Assembly (NCBI GenBank): GCA_963845535.1
Contig: CAWJSK010000004.1
Coordinates: 96,001 to 160,000 of the forward strand
Length of the DNA stretch: 64,000 nt
Direction of reading: 5' to 3'
Source of the DNA: an uncultured Spirochaetota bacterium
Lineage (GTDB): Bacteria > Spirochaetota > Spirochaetia > SZUA-6 > Fen-1364
The notes below the pieces were generated by a model. It was not told where the DNA came from and ran no database searches. It was given only the letters and a program-made list of their open reading frames with translations. This document shows positions 38,951-48,327 of the stretch, piece after piece. The position numbers were made by a program, and so were the translations under genes. Each line of letters opens with the position of its first letter. Within the stretch, counting starts at the first letter, position 1.

Positions 38951-39900
38951 TCAGGCGGAGCCGTTCCCGTTGCTCAAGAAGCTCATCTGCTGTTCGCTGA
39001 GGCGGACTTCGAGTGACCCGAGATTCTCCCTGATCTGTTCGACGGTGCCGCCCGCCATCACGGGGATGACCGCGGGTTGGGACTGCATCAGCCACGCAAG
39101 GACGAGCTGGTTGGCCGTGACGGCGAGCTCCCGCGCCAGACGCTTGAGCCGACCCAGCCTGTCCTCCGTGTCGCGCCACGCGTAGTGTTGCGGAATGCTT
39201 CTGTCAGCCCGCGTGTACGCGCCGCCCAGCAGCGGGGAGTAGGCCAGCAGCGCCACGCCGCTGGACGCGCAGTAGTCCAGCAGGTCGGCGTTGGCAGCGA
39301 GCTGCGGATCAAAGGAAGCCCCCGGCCTGGGCTGAAGGTAGGTGTAGCGCTGCTGGATGCAGCAATAGTCCGCCCATGACACTGGCGCGGGAGACCGTGC
39401 GCGCCTCTGCAAGGCGCCACGCAAGGAAATTGCTCGCTCCGATCATGCGCACCTTGCCTGCGCGCAGCAAGGCGGTCGAAAGCCTCAAGGGTCTCTTCAA
39501 GAGGAGTGGCGCGGTCATCAACGTGCGCGTAGAAAAGATCGATCGTCTCGATTCCCATGCGCCGCAGGCTCTTTTCGCACTCTGCCTGGATGATGGATGA
39601 CTTCAAGCCGCGATCAACCGAGGGATACGGGAACCCCACCTTGGTTGCGAGGAAAAGGCCGGAGCGGTTTTTCCGCGTGCGCATCCAGTCCCCAAGGAGC
39701 GCTTCGCTCTCACCGCCTTTTCCCCCGGGGACCCAGTGGGCGTAGATGTTCGCCGTGTCGATGAACGTCCCACCGTGATCGAGGTAGAGGTCAAGAATGG
39801 CATGGGAGGTCTCGAGGTCGGTTTTGGTTCCCAGAAACATGGCGCCAAGGCAGATCTGGCTGACCTGCGCGCCTGATGGACCCAGCGGAACCTTTCTCAT
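38951..39900 (-). pseudogene. aldo/keto reductase split by two frameshifts (~39470, ~39380); pseudogene or sequencing error
   Basis: ICLGAM/IDTANIY/IDLFYAH in one frame, GKVRMIGASNF in a second, QQRYTY/AYSPLLGG in the third. Confidence 0.75.
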
Positions 39901-39950
39901 TTCGCTTCGCATGCACAGAAGATAATGAAAGTCCCGACGGGAGAAGCAAA

Positions 39951-39979
39951 CTCCCCGCTGCCGGAGCTGCGGCGGGGAG
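39951..39979 (-). terminator. hairpin after the sugar ABC operon
   Basis: CTCCCCGCTGC/GCGGCGGGGAG inverted repeat followed by TTTGCTT on the minus strand. Confidence 0.5.
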
Positions 39980-39993
39980 CGCGGTACGCCGGC

Positions 39994-41211
39994 TTACGCC
40001 CTGTTCTTCTTCGACATGACGTCGATGTAGACGGCTGCAACGATGACGAGCCCGCGGATGATGTACTGCCAGAAGACGTCCATGTTCATGACGCTCATCC
40101 CGTTGAGGAGGCTTGCAATGATGAGAGAGCCGACAATGGCGCCGAAGATCGTTCCTTCACCGCCCATGAGGCTCGTTCCGCCAATGACGCAGGCCGCGAT
40201 GGCGTCCAGCTCGTAGTTGGTGCCTCCGCCGATTGTCCCCGCGGCAACGTAGCCGGTGAGAACAATGCCCGAGACTCCCGCGAGAAGTCCCATGAGGATG
40301 AACACGGTGAATATCTCCCGGTTGATATTGATGCCGGAGAGTCGCGTGGCTTCCTTGTTGCCGCCCAGCGCGTACGCGTAGCGGCCGAACTTTGTGTTGT
40401 TGGCGAGGTAGGTGAAGATCACTGCCACGATTGCCATGAGGAGAACCGGGTTCGGGATGCCGCGATATTGGTTCATGATGAAGACAAAGAAGATAACAAT
40501 GCAGGAGATGACGAGAGCTTTCAGGGCGTCCTGGTACAGGGGTACGAGCTTGAAGCCAAACTCTTTCCTCTGCTGCCGGCCGCGAAAGATCATGAACACA
40601 ATGATCACCACCACGATGGCGCCAAGAATCCACCCCACCATCATTGGCACATACCCCTGGGCGATCAGCCGGAAGTCATCCTCGTAAATCGTCAGCGTCT
40701 TCCCCTGGGTCACCGCAAGGACGCCACCGCGGAAAATCAGCATGCCTCCGAGGGTCACAATGAAGGCGGGGACCTTGAGGTACGCAATGATTGTACCTTG
40801 CCAAATCCCGATGATCAGGCCCACGAGGAGCGCCGAAACAATGGCGATGATGGTATTGAGCACCCCCAGCGGTCCGACAGCCATGCTTGGAAAAATGTCG
40901 TGCAAAATGGGGGGCATGATGTTCACTTGCAGGTATGCGGTGGCAGCGCTGACGAGGCCCGTGGCGGAGCCAACGGAAAGGTCGATGTTGCCCGTGGTTA
41001 TGACGAGCACCATGCCGATGGCGAGGAAGGACACGATGGTCATCTGACGGAAAAGGTTGGAAAGGTTGCGCGGCTCGAAGAATATCCAGTTGGTGAGGCT
41101 GCCGAAAAGGAGCCAGATCAGCGCAAGGGCGATGATCATGGTATAGGTGCGGATGTTCGCGCGGACGCTTCGCGAAACAGCCGCCACCGAAAGTGTCTTT
41201 GTTGCCGGCAT
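39994..41211 (-). CDS. xylH: sugar ABC transporter permease (XylH/GguB type)
   Basis: IDLSVGS, VPAFIVTLGG, GGNKEATRLSGI, ELDAIAACVIGGTS. Confidence 0.88.
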   Translation of the reverse strand: MPATKTLSVAAVSRSVRANIRTYTMIIALALIWLLFGSLTNWIFFEPRNLSNLFRQMTIVSFLAIGMVLVITTGNIDLSVGSATGLVSAATAYLQVNIMPPILHDIFPSMAVGPLGVLNTIIAIVSALLVGLIIGIWQGTIIAYLKVPAFIVTLGGMLIFRGGVLAVTQGKTLTIYEDDFRLIAQGYVPMMVGWILGAIVVVIIVFMIFRGRQQRKEFGFKLVPLYQDALKALVISCIVIFFVFIMNQYRGIPNPVLLMAIVAVIFTYLANNTKFGRYAYALGGNKEATRLSGININREIFTVFILMGLLAGVSGIVLTGYVAAGTIGGGTNYELDAIAACVIGGTSLMGGEGTIFGAIVGSLIIASLLNGMSVMNMDVFWQYIIRGLVIVAAVYIDVMSKKNRA

Positions 41212-42770
41212 TACCTTACCTCACTTGTCGCGGCACGCGCCTGGATTCCCGTCGCCATTGCCATCAGTTTTTCCTGCGTCGCCTCGGTTGCCGCGACAAT
41301 GCCGGCGCATTCTCCCTCATGCATGACGAGGACGCGGTCACTCATGCCGAGGATCTCTGGCAGCTCGGAGGAAACGAGGATGATCGCCACCCCTTCCTCT
41401 GCAAGCTTGTTCATGAGCTTATAGATCTCGTATTTCGCTCCGACGTCGATCCCTCGTGTGGGCTCGTCCAGGATGAGGACCTTCGGCTCCGACATCAGCC
41501 ATTTCGCGATCACGACTTTCTGCTGGTTGCCGCCGCTCAGGCTGTTGACGAGCGCCTGGAGCGTCGGTGTCTTGATTGCAAGGTAGCTCGCCATGGATTG
41601 GCACGCCTTGAGCTCGGCGTTCCTGTTGATGGCGAGAAAGTTGGAGAAGCGCTCCAGGTTCGGAAGGGACATGTTCTTGATGATGGACTGGTCGATGACG
41701 AGCCCCATACGTTTGCGGTCCTCGGGGACAAGGCTGATCCCGTTGTTCATGGCGGCGCGGGCTGAGTCGATGTCTACGGGAACGCCGTTGAAGAGCACCT
41801 CTCCGGTGCGGTTCTGGCCGTATTCGCCGAAAATCGTCGTGACCAGCTCGCTGCGGCCTGACCCCATGAGGCCGGCAATACCGAGGATCTCCCCTTTGCG
41901 CAGGGAGAAGGAAACCCCCTTTACGGCCTTCTTCCCCGTCTGATACGGACTGTCCACGGAGAGGTTTCGGACCTCGAGGATGACCTCCCCCGGAGATCGC
42001 GTGCCGGTGGGAAACCGTTCCTTCATCTCGCGGCCAACCATCATCGAGATGACTTTTTCGTAATTTGCGTCTTTTGTGGGCATCGTTCCCACGATTCCGC
42101 CGTCCCGAAGGACGGTGATGTTGTCAGTGATGCGGAAGAACTCCTCCACCTTGTGCGAGATGTAGAGGCATGTGACGCCTCTTTCCTTGAGGTTGAGCAG
42201 GATGCCCATGAGGATCTCCACCTCGGCTTCCGTGAGGGCGGAGGTTGGCTCGTCGAGGATCAGCACCTGCGCGTTCTCCGAAAGAGCCTTCGCGATTTCC
42301 ACGATCTGCTGCTGGCCCACGCCGAGATTGGACACGACGGCGCTCGGGTTGATGCGGAGGTGGTATTCGTCCAGAACCTTCTGCGTCTTGTGGTAGAGCT
42401 TGTTCCAATTGATGAGGCCGCTCGCCCCCGGCTCGCGGCCGAGGTGTATGTTCTCCCCCACGGTCATGCGGGGAATCAGAGCGAGCTCCTGGTACACGAT
42501 GGCAATGCCTTTTGCGATGGCCTGGCGTATTGAATCCCGCTCGAAGCGCAGCTCCTCGCCGTTGTACACGATGCGCCCCTCGTAGGAGTCGAAGGGGTAG
42601 ACGCCGGCAAGGATCTTCATCAGCGTGGATTTCCCCGCGCCGTTTTCACCGCAGATCCCGTGGATGGTGCCACGCTTCACCGAAAAGGAGACGTCGCTCA
42701 GGGCAACCACGCCGGGGAACTCTTTGGTGACATGCTGAATGTCAAGGATGAGGTCGTTCGTCTCGTTCAT
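41211..42770 (-). CDS. xylG: sugar ABC transporter ATP-binding protein (XylG type, two ABC halves)
   Basis: GENGAGKST, ILDEPT, PEDRK, LSGGNQQK. Confidence 0.9.
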   Translation of the reverse strand: MNETNDLILDIQHVTKEFPGVVALSDVSFSVKRGTIHGICGENGAGKSTLMKILAGVYPFDSYEGRIVYNGEELRFERDSIRQAIAKGIAIVYQELALIPRMTVGENIHLGREPGASGLINWNKLYHKTQKVLDEYHLRINPSAVVSNLGVGQQQIVEIAKALSENAQVLILDEPTSALTEAEVEILMGILLNLKERGVTCLYISHKVEEFFRITDNITVLRDGGIVGTMPTKDANYEKVISMMVGREMKERFPTGTRSPGEVILEVRNLSVDSPYQTGKKAVKGVSFSLRKGEILGIAGLMGSGRSELVTTIFGEYGQNRTGEVLFNGVPVDIDSARAAMNNGISLVPEDRKRMGLVIDQSIIKNMSLPNLERFSNFLAINRNAELKACQSMASYLAIKTPTLQALVNSLSGGNQQKVVIAKWLMSEPKVLILDEPTRGIDVGAKYEIYKLMNKLAEEGVAIILVSSELPEILGMSDRVLVMHEGECAGIVAATEATQEKLMAMATGIQARAATSEVR

Positions 42771-42810
42771 GTTGGCCGTATCCCTCGATCAGGCAAAAGA
42801 TGCACAAGGC

Positions 42811-42835
42811 GAGCGCGGCGGCAGCCGCCGCGCTC
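42811..42835 (-). other. intercistronic hairpin after the binding-protein gene
   Basis: GAGCGCGGCGG-CAG-CCGCCGCGCTC, perfect 11-bp stem. Confidence 0.65.
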
Positions 42836-42843
42836 TGTTTCAG

Positions 42844-43929
42844 TTACGGTCTCGGAGGCCTCAGAGAGTCAGGAACGTCGCGGTACACATCGTCATAGCT
42901 CTGGAAGCCGCTCTTGACGATCTGGTCGTACACGTTGGTCTTGTCCACCTGGACGACCGGGAGGAACTTGCAAGGCACCTGCCCTTTCTGGTTCTTGTCC
43001 AGCGTAAGGTCGGACAGGTTGTACATCTTCAGCCCGTCGATGGCCTGGCCCTTCGCCAGTTTGATTGCCATATCGATGGCCATAGGCGTCAGGAGGCGGA
43101 CGTCTTTGTACACGGTGACGGTCTGCTCGCCCCTCACGATCGAGTTGCAGCCAGCGGCGGTGGCATCCTGCCCGGAGATGGGCACCTTGCCGGCCAGCCC
43201 CTGGGCCTTCATTGCCTGAAGGGCGCCCAGAGCGGTCCCGTCGTTGGAGGCAACCACGGCGTCGATGTTATTGTGCTGCGCCGTGAGGACGTTCTCCATG
43301 ATCTTGGTTGCAGTGGGAGGTGACCAGTTCTCCACCCACTGGTCGGCGACGATCTTGATCTTCCCGCTGTCGATGTACGGCTTCAGGACTTCCATCTGTC
43401 CGTTGCGCACGAGGACCGCGTTGTTGTCGGTGGGGCTTCCACCGAGGAGCATGAAGTTTCCATGATCGACGACCTTGACGACCCCGCGGGCTTCGGCTCG
43501 GCCCACCTCGGTGTTGTCGAAGGAGATGTACGCGGAGATGTTCGGTGACTTGATGAGCCGGTCATAGGCAATGGTCTTCACTCCCGCTTTGGCTGCTTCG
43601 TCAACGGCCGTTGCCGCCGCCGCGCCATCTTCAGCGATGATGATGATGACGTTGACCCCCTGCAGCGCCATGTTTTCGATCTGGTCGTTTTGCAGCTTCG
43701 CGTCGTGGTTGGCGACCTGCGAAACGACCTGCACGCCCTGAGCCGCGGCGAGCTTGGTCATGAGAGCCTGCTCGACCGGCCAGCGCTCAGTCTCGAAGTC
43801 CGAGAAGGAGAGACCGATTTTGATGGCCCCGCTTTTGGCTGGGGCTTTCTGCTGCTCGCCCGTTCCATTAGCAAAGATCATGCCGCCAAGCAGCATAACG
43901 GAGAGCAGTACAAGACACGCTTTCCTCAT
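42844..43929 (-). CDS. xylF: sugar ABC transporter substrate-binding protein (XylF/ChvE type)
   Basis: ERW, IAYDRLI, ISFDN, GGSPTDNNA, ASNDGTA, ISGQDA; GGAGG RBS. Confidence 0.88.
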   Translation of the reverse strand: MRKACLVLLSVMLLGGMIFANGTGEQQKAPAKSGAIKIGLSFSDFETERWPVEQALMTKLAAAQGVQVVSQVANHDAKLQNDQIENMALQGVNVIIIIAEDGAAAATAVDEAAKAGVKTIAYDRLIKSPNISAYISFDNTEVGRAEARGVVKVVDHGNFMLLGGSPTDNNAVLVRNGQMEVLKPYIDSGKIKIVADQWVENWSPPTATKIMENVLTAQHNNIDAVVASNDGTALGALQAMKAQGLAGKVPISGQDATAAGCNSIVRGEQTVTVYKDVRLLTPMAIDMAIKLAKGQAIDGLKMYNLSDLTLDKNQKGQVPCKFLPVVQVDKTNVYDQIVKSGFQSYDDVYRDVPDSLRPPRP

Positions 43930-43967
43930 ATGGAAAACCTCCTTGGATTGAGATGCGTAGGAGAACA

Positions 43968-43983
43968 AGCAATTTGCATGCCA
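43968..43983 (-). promoter_or_regulatory. sigma54 -24/-12 promoter TGGCATGCAAATTGCT
   Basis: One mismatch to TGGCACG-N4-TTGCW, about 40 nt upstream of xylF, next to a sigma54 activator gene. Confidence 0.85.
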
Positions 43984-44186
43984 AGAGCGTTGCGGAAGAC
44001 GTCTGCCGTAACTCCTTTGCTGACAACCATCTGCGCGCACGCTTTGCCCGTGATATCCGGGCGCGGATTCCACGTGAGTAAACTTTTACCCATTTCCTTT
44101 TTCTCACGCCCTACACATTTCCCTGCCCGTTTGTCTTCAAGGCCATCGGACTTTTAACCGCTTGCAGCGCAGTGTATCATGACGGC

Positions 44187-45497
44187 ATGGGTTTCACGGT
44201 TCTTATTGTGGACGATGAACGGGAGGTCTGCCTTTCCCTGGCGGAGGTCCTTCGATCGAAGGGCTACAGCACGCTCTCCGAGGAAGATCCCCGCGACGTG
44301 CTCGACCTCCTCAATCGAAAGAACGTTGACCTCATCCTCATGGACGTTCGGATGCCGGAGCTTGGAGGCATCGACCTCCTCAAGATAATCCGCAAGACCC
44401 ATCCTCTCCTTCCCGTCATCATGATCTCGGGGTTTGCCTCCGTGGAAAGCGCCGTGCGGGCAATGAAGTACGGTGCTTTGAACTTCTTCGCAAAGCCGGT
44501 GCAGCTTTCAGAGCTGCTCCAGGAAATCCGCCACCTCGAACGCTCCGTCGGCATGAAGAAGGCCTCACCGGAGGCGGAGACAATTGCCACGCGCAACCCG
44601 AAAATGCGCGAAGTCCTCAGCCTTGTGGAGAAGGCCGCACCCACAGAGGCGTCGGTCATCATCCTCGGGGAGAGCGGCACGGGAAAGGAGCTCGTCGCGG
44701 ACCTGCTCCATCATGCAAGCAAGCGGAGGCACAACGCCTATATCAAGGTCAATTGCGCGGCCATTCCCGACAACCTGCTGGAAAGCGAGATGTTCGGCCA
44801 TGAGAAAGGGGCATTCACGGACGCGCAGAGCCAGCAGAAAGGGAAGATCGAGCTTGCGGACGGCGGCACCATCTTTTTCGATGAGATCGGAGACATGAGC
44901 CTGCAGACGCAAGCCAAGATGCTCCGCGTGCTGCAGGAAAAACATTTCACACGGCTCGGCGGATCGGTGCCCATCCGGGCGGACTTCCGGGTGATTGCCG
45001 CCACGAACAAGAACATCGAAGGAATGATCGCCCAGGGCGCCTTCCGGGAGGACCTCTACTATCGGCTCTCGGTCATCACGCTGAAGCTCGCTCCCCTCCG
45101 CGAGCGCGGGGAGGACATCATCCCGCTGGCCATGCATTTCGTGGGAGAGTTCAACCAGGTCTACGGGAAGAACGTGAGAGGGATCTCGGAGAGCGTGACG
45201 GAGACGCTTGCGGAGCATAGCTGGCCAGGCAACGTCCGCGAGCTGTCGAACATCATCGAGCGCGCCGTGATATTCTGCGAGACCGACCTGATCGAGGCGC
45301 GGGATCTGCCCGAGCAGTACCGGATCGTGGACCGCAAAGGCTTCGACGCCATCCGGGAGTTCTCCGCGGAGAAATCCCGCGCCGTCATCCGCGAGGCGCT
45401 GCGTCAAACCAACGGCATCAAGGGAGAGGCGGCCCGATTGCTGCAGATCACCCGAAAGACGCTGTACAACAGAATGAAGCGGCTGAACCTGGAATGA
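44187..45497 (+). CDS. sigma54-dependent NtrC-family response regulator
   Basis: REC domain, GESGTGKE, GAFTDA, FFDEIGD, WPGNVREL, Fis-type HTH. Confidence 0.93.
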   Translation: MGFTVLIVDDEREVCLSLAEVLRSKGYSTLSEEDPRDVLDLLNRKNVDLILMDVRMPELGGIDLLKIIRKTHPLLPVIMISGFASVESAVRAMKYGALNFFAKPVQLSELLQEIRHLERSVGMKKASPEAETIATRNPKMREVLSLVEKAAPTEASVIILGESGTGKELVADLLHHASKRRHNAYIKVNCAAIPDNLLESEMFGHEKGAFTDAQSQQKGKIELADGGTIFFDEIGDMSLQTQAKMLRVLQEKHFTRLGGSVPIRADFRVIAATNKNIEGMIAQGAFREDLYYRLSVITLKLAPLRERGEDIIPLAMHFVGEFNQVYGKNVRGISESVTETLAEHSWPGNVRELSNIIERAVIFCETDLIEARDLPEQYRIVDRKGFDAIREFSAEKSRAVIREALRQTNGIKGEAARLLQITRKTLYNRMKRLNLE

Positions 45498-47392
45498 GCG
45501 CGGAACCTGCACTGTTCCGGGAAGAGGAAGCTTTGACCAACGGGGCGCCGCGCCGGCGCCTCCTCATGATGCGGGGCATCCACGTGCAGTACGGCGGCGT
45601 GCCGGCCTTGAAAGGCGTGGACTTCGACCTCTACGAGGGTGAAATCCACGCGCTCGTGGGGGAGCACAGGGCCGGCAAATCCTCCCTGGTCAAGCTCATG
45701 AGCGGCGCTGTCCAGAAGAACCAGGGAGAGATCATCTACAAAGGCGCGGAAGTGAAGTCCTTCACCCCGGAAAGCGCCATCCGGGCCGGCATCGGCATGG
45801 TGTATCAGAACCTCACCGTGCTGCCGAGCCTCAACGCCATCGAGAACATCTTTGCCGGCCGCATGATCCAGGGCCGGTTCACGGGCCTTGATCGGCGCCG
45901 CATGTTCCTTCTGGGCAGGGAGCTTTTCCAGAGAATGAACATCGAGCTGGACCTCGATCTGCCGCTCTACCGGCTCTCCCAGGCGCAACAGCTCATGGTG
46001 GAGTTCGCCCGGATGCTCTTCCTGGATCCGCAGCTCATGATCCTGGATGAGCTTTCCGGCAAGCTCACCCCCGAAGAGATGGGGACGATCTACGACATCA
46101 TCTTCGACTTCCGCAGGCGGGGGAAGAGCATCATCTACATCACGCACAACATGGAGGAGACGCTCAAGGTCGCAGACCGCGTGACCATCCTCAAGGACGG
46201 CTACCGAAGGGGAACGGAGCGCGTAGCGGACCTGGACCGCTTCCGCCTCTACGAGCTCACCTATTCCTTCGCGCTCGGCAAGAAGGGGATCCAGGCCAAC
46301 AACATGCAGTTCTACCTGCTGAAGCGCTACAGCGAGATCTTCGTGCGTCATCTCCCCATCGGCATCGTCATCCTCGACGCGGATGACGTCGTCCAGCTCG
46401 CCAACTTCGCGGGGATCGAGATCATGCAGCTGGGGCCCGAGCAGCTTGCATCGCATTCCCTCGAGTCGCTGCTCGCTGAAACGCATTTCCCCAACGCCGA
46501 GGAGATCTCCCGGAAAGTCAGAGCGCGGGAAGAATACGTCTGGGAGGAGGTCCGCGTCGCCAATGACAAGCAGGTCCGCGTGGACGTCTTTCCGCTTCGG
46601 GACGACGAGAGTGACTTCATTGGCACCGCGCTCCTGGTCCATGACATATCGATCGACCGGTACATGAAGGATTACATCATCAGGGCGGAGAAGATGGCCA
46701 CCGTGGCGGAGGTGGCAGCGGGGGTTGCCCATGAGATCAACAACCCGCTCTTCATCATCCGCAACTACGTCGAGCTTCTCAAAGACAAGGAGCTCGACCC
46801 CGACGGGAAAGAAAAGCTGCGGAAGATCGAAAAGGAGCTGGGGCGGATAGTGGACATCACGGGAAGCCTCCTCTCATTCTCCCAGGTCAAGGAGCTTCCG
46901 GAGAGCTGCACCGACCTGGTGGAGGTGATCGAAGAGGCCATCCTCCTCCTGCAGCACAACCTTTCCAAGAAGAACGTCCACCTGGACAAGGAGCTGTGCG
47001 CCGGGCGCGTGGAGATAGTCGGAGATGAGAACCGGCTCAAGCAGCTTTTCCTGAACCTGCTCATCAACAGCATCGACGCGGTGCTGGACGGCGGCACGGT
47101 CCGAGTCAGGCTCCTTGCCAACACGGAAGACCGGTTCGCCGAGGTGACGGTAGCGGACAACGGCTACGGCATCCCCGCGGACATCCAGGGCAAAATCTTC
47201 AACCCTTTCTTCAGCACGAAGATGAACAAGAAAAACGCCGGCTTGGGCCTCTCCATCTGCCAGCACATCGCCGAGGCGCATGACGGGATCATCACCTTTA
47301 CGAGCGCCCCCGGCGAGCTCACTGAGTTCAAGGTGAAGCTGCCAATGCGGCAGGAGTCGGCCAACCGTGCCCGCTCCAAGTGTCAGGTGTAG
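45494..47392 (+). CDS. soluble histidine kinase with N-terminal sugar-ABC ATPase domain and PAS domain
   Basis: GEHRAGKSS, MVYQ, LSQAQQLMVE, ILDE, YITH; then PAS; VAHEINNPL, NLLINSIDA, DNGYG, GLGL; ATGA overlap with the regulator. Confidence 0.88.
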   Translation: MSAEPALFREEEALTNGAPRRRLLMMRGIHVQYGGVPALKGVDFDLYEGEIHALVGEHRAGKSSLVKLMSGAVQKNQGEIIYKGAEVKSFTPESAIRAGIGMVYQNLTVLPSLNAIENIFAGRMIQGRFTGLDRRRMFLLGRELFQRMNIELDLDLPLYRLSQAQQLMVEFARMLFLDPQLMILDELSGKLTPEEMGTIYDIIFDFRRRGKSIIYITHNMEETLKVADRVTILKDGYRRGTERVADLDRFRLYELTYSFALGKKGIQANNMQFYLLKRYSEIFVRHLPIGIVILDADDVVQLANFAGIEIMQLGPEQLASHSLESLLAETHFPNAEEISRKVRAREEYVWEEVRVANDKQVRVDVFPLRDDESDFIGTALLVHDISIDRYMKDYIIRAEKMATVAEVAAGVAHEINNPLFIIRNYVELLKDKELDPDGKEKLRKIEKELGRIVDITGSLLSFSQVKELPESCTDLVEVIEEAILLLQHNLSKKNVHLDKELCAGRVEIVGDENRLKQLFLNLLINSIDAVLDGGTVRVRLLANTEDRFAEVTVADNGYGIPADIQGKIFNPFFSTKMNKKNAGLGLSICQHIAEAHDGIITFTSAPGELTEFKVKLPMRQESANRARSKCQV

Positions 47393-48327
47393 CGTATCCG
47401 CGGGTTCAGCAGCGCGTAGAGGATATCCGCCACGAGGTTGGAGAGGCTGAAGATGACCACAAGGAGCAGCGTGATTGCCTGCAGGAGCGGAAGGTCCCTG
47501 CGCTGGATTGCAAACAGGAGCAGCCTTCCAAGCCCGGGATAGCTGAACAAGGACTCCGTCACGATCAATCCCCCAATGAGCCACCCGATCCCGACTGCAA
47601 TCACGGTCACCGTGGGGAGAAGGGAGTTACGGAGCACGTGCGAGAAAAGAACCCGCAGCGGGTGCAGCCCTTTCAGGTACGCGCTGCGCACGTAATCCGT
47701 TCCCAGGACCTCCGCCGTGCTGGAGCGGGTCATCCGCGTTATGTACGCGAGGCTCACCAGGGAAACGGTGATGCCGGGCAGGATAAGGCGGGGAAGCGCG
47801 GCAAGGAGGCCCTGGCCAGGCCGGATATCGGAGCTTGCCGGCAGCCAGTTCAGGCCGAGAGCGAAGATCGCAATCAGGATGAGCCCCGTCACGAACTCCG
47901 GCAGCCCGATGAACGCCAGGGAAGTGATGGAGACAACCTGGTCGAAGACCTTTCCCGGCCGAAGCGCGGAGAAAAGGCCCAGAATGATGCCCAGCGGCAC
48001 GTACATGAGGAAGGCTACGAGGGCCAGCATGGCGGAGTTGCGCAGGCGCGCGGCAACAAGCGGAAAGACCGGCTCTCCGGTTGAAAGAGACAAGCCCCAG
48101 TCACCCTGCACGTAGTGCACGAGCCAGCTCCCGTACTGAAGGATCAGGGGGCGATCCAGGCCGAGCTTCGCCCTGAGATTGACGAGCGCCTGGGGCGTTG
48201 CAAATCGTCCCAGGATGGCCCGAGCGGCGTCTCCGGGCAGGATCTGCGTCACGATAAAGATCAGCGCCGAGGAAATGAGGAGCGTGAGCAGCACCAGGCC
48301 GAGCCTCCGCCCAAGGAAACGGATCAT
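47383..48327 (-). CDS. peptide/nickel ABC transporter permease (DppB type)
   Basis: LPGD, GLDRP, DYVRSAYLKG, ESLFSYPGLG. Confidence 0.9.
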   Translation of the reverse strand: MIRFLGRRLGLVLLTLLISSALIFIVTQILPGDAARAILGRFATPQALVNLRAKLGLDRPLILQYGSWLVHYVQGDWGLSLSTGEPVFPLVAARLRNSAMLALVAFLMYVPLGIILGLFSALRPGKVFDQVVSITSLAFIGLPEFVTGLILIAIFALGLNWLPASSDIRPGQGLLAALPRLILPGITVSLVSLAYITRMTRSSTAEVLGTDYVRSAYLKGLHPLRVLFSHVLRNSLLPTVTVIAVGIGWLIGGLIVTESLFSYPGLGRLLLFAIQRRDLPLLQAITLLLVVIFSLSNLVADILYALLNPRIRYT

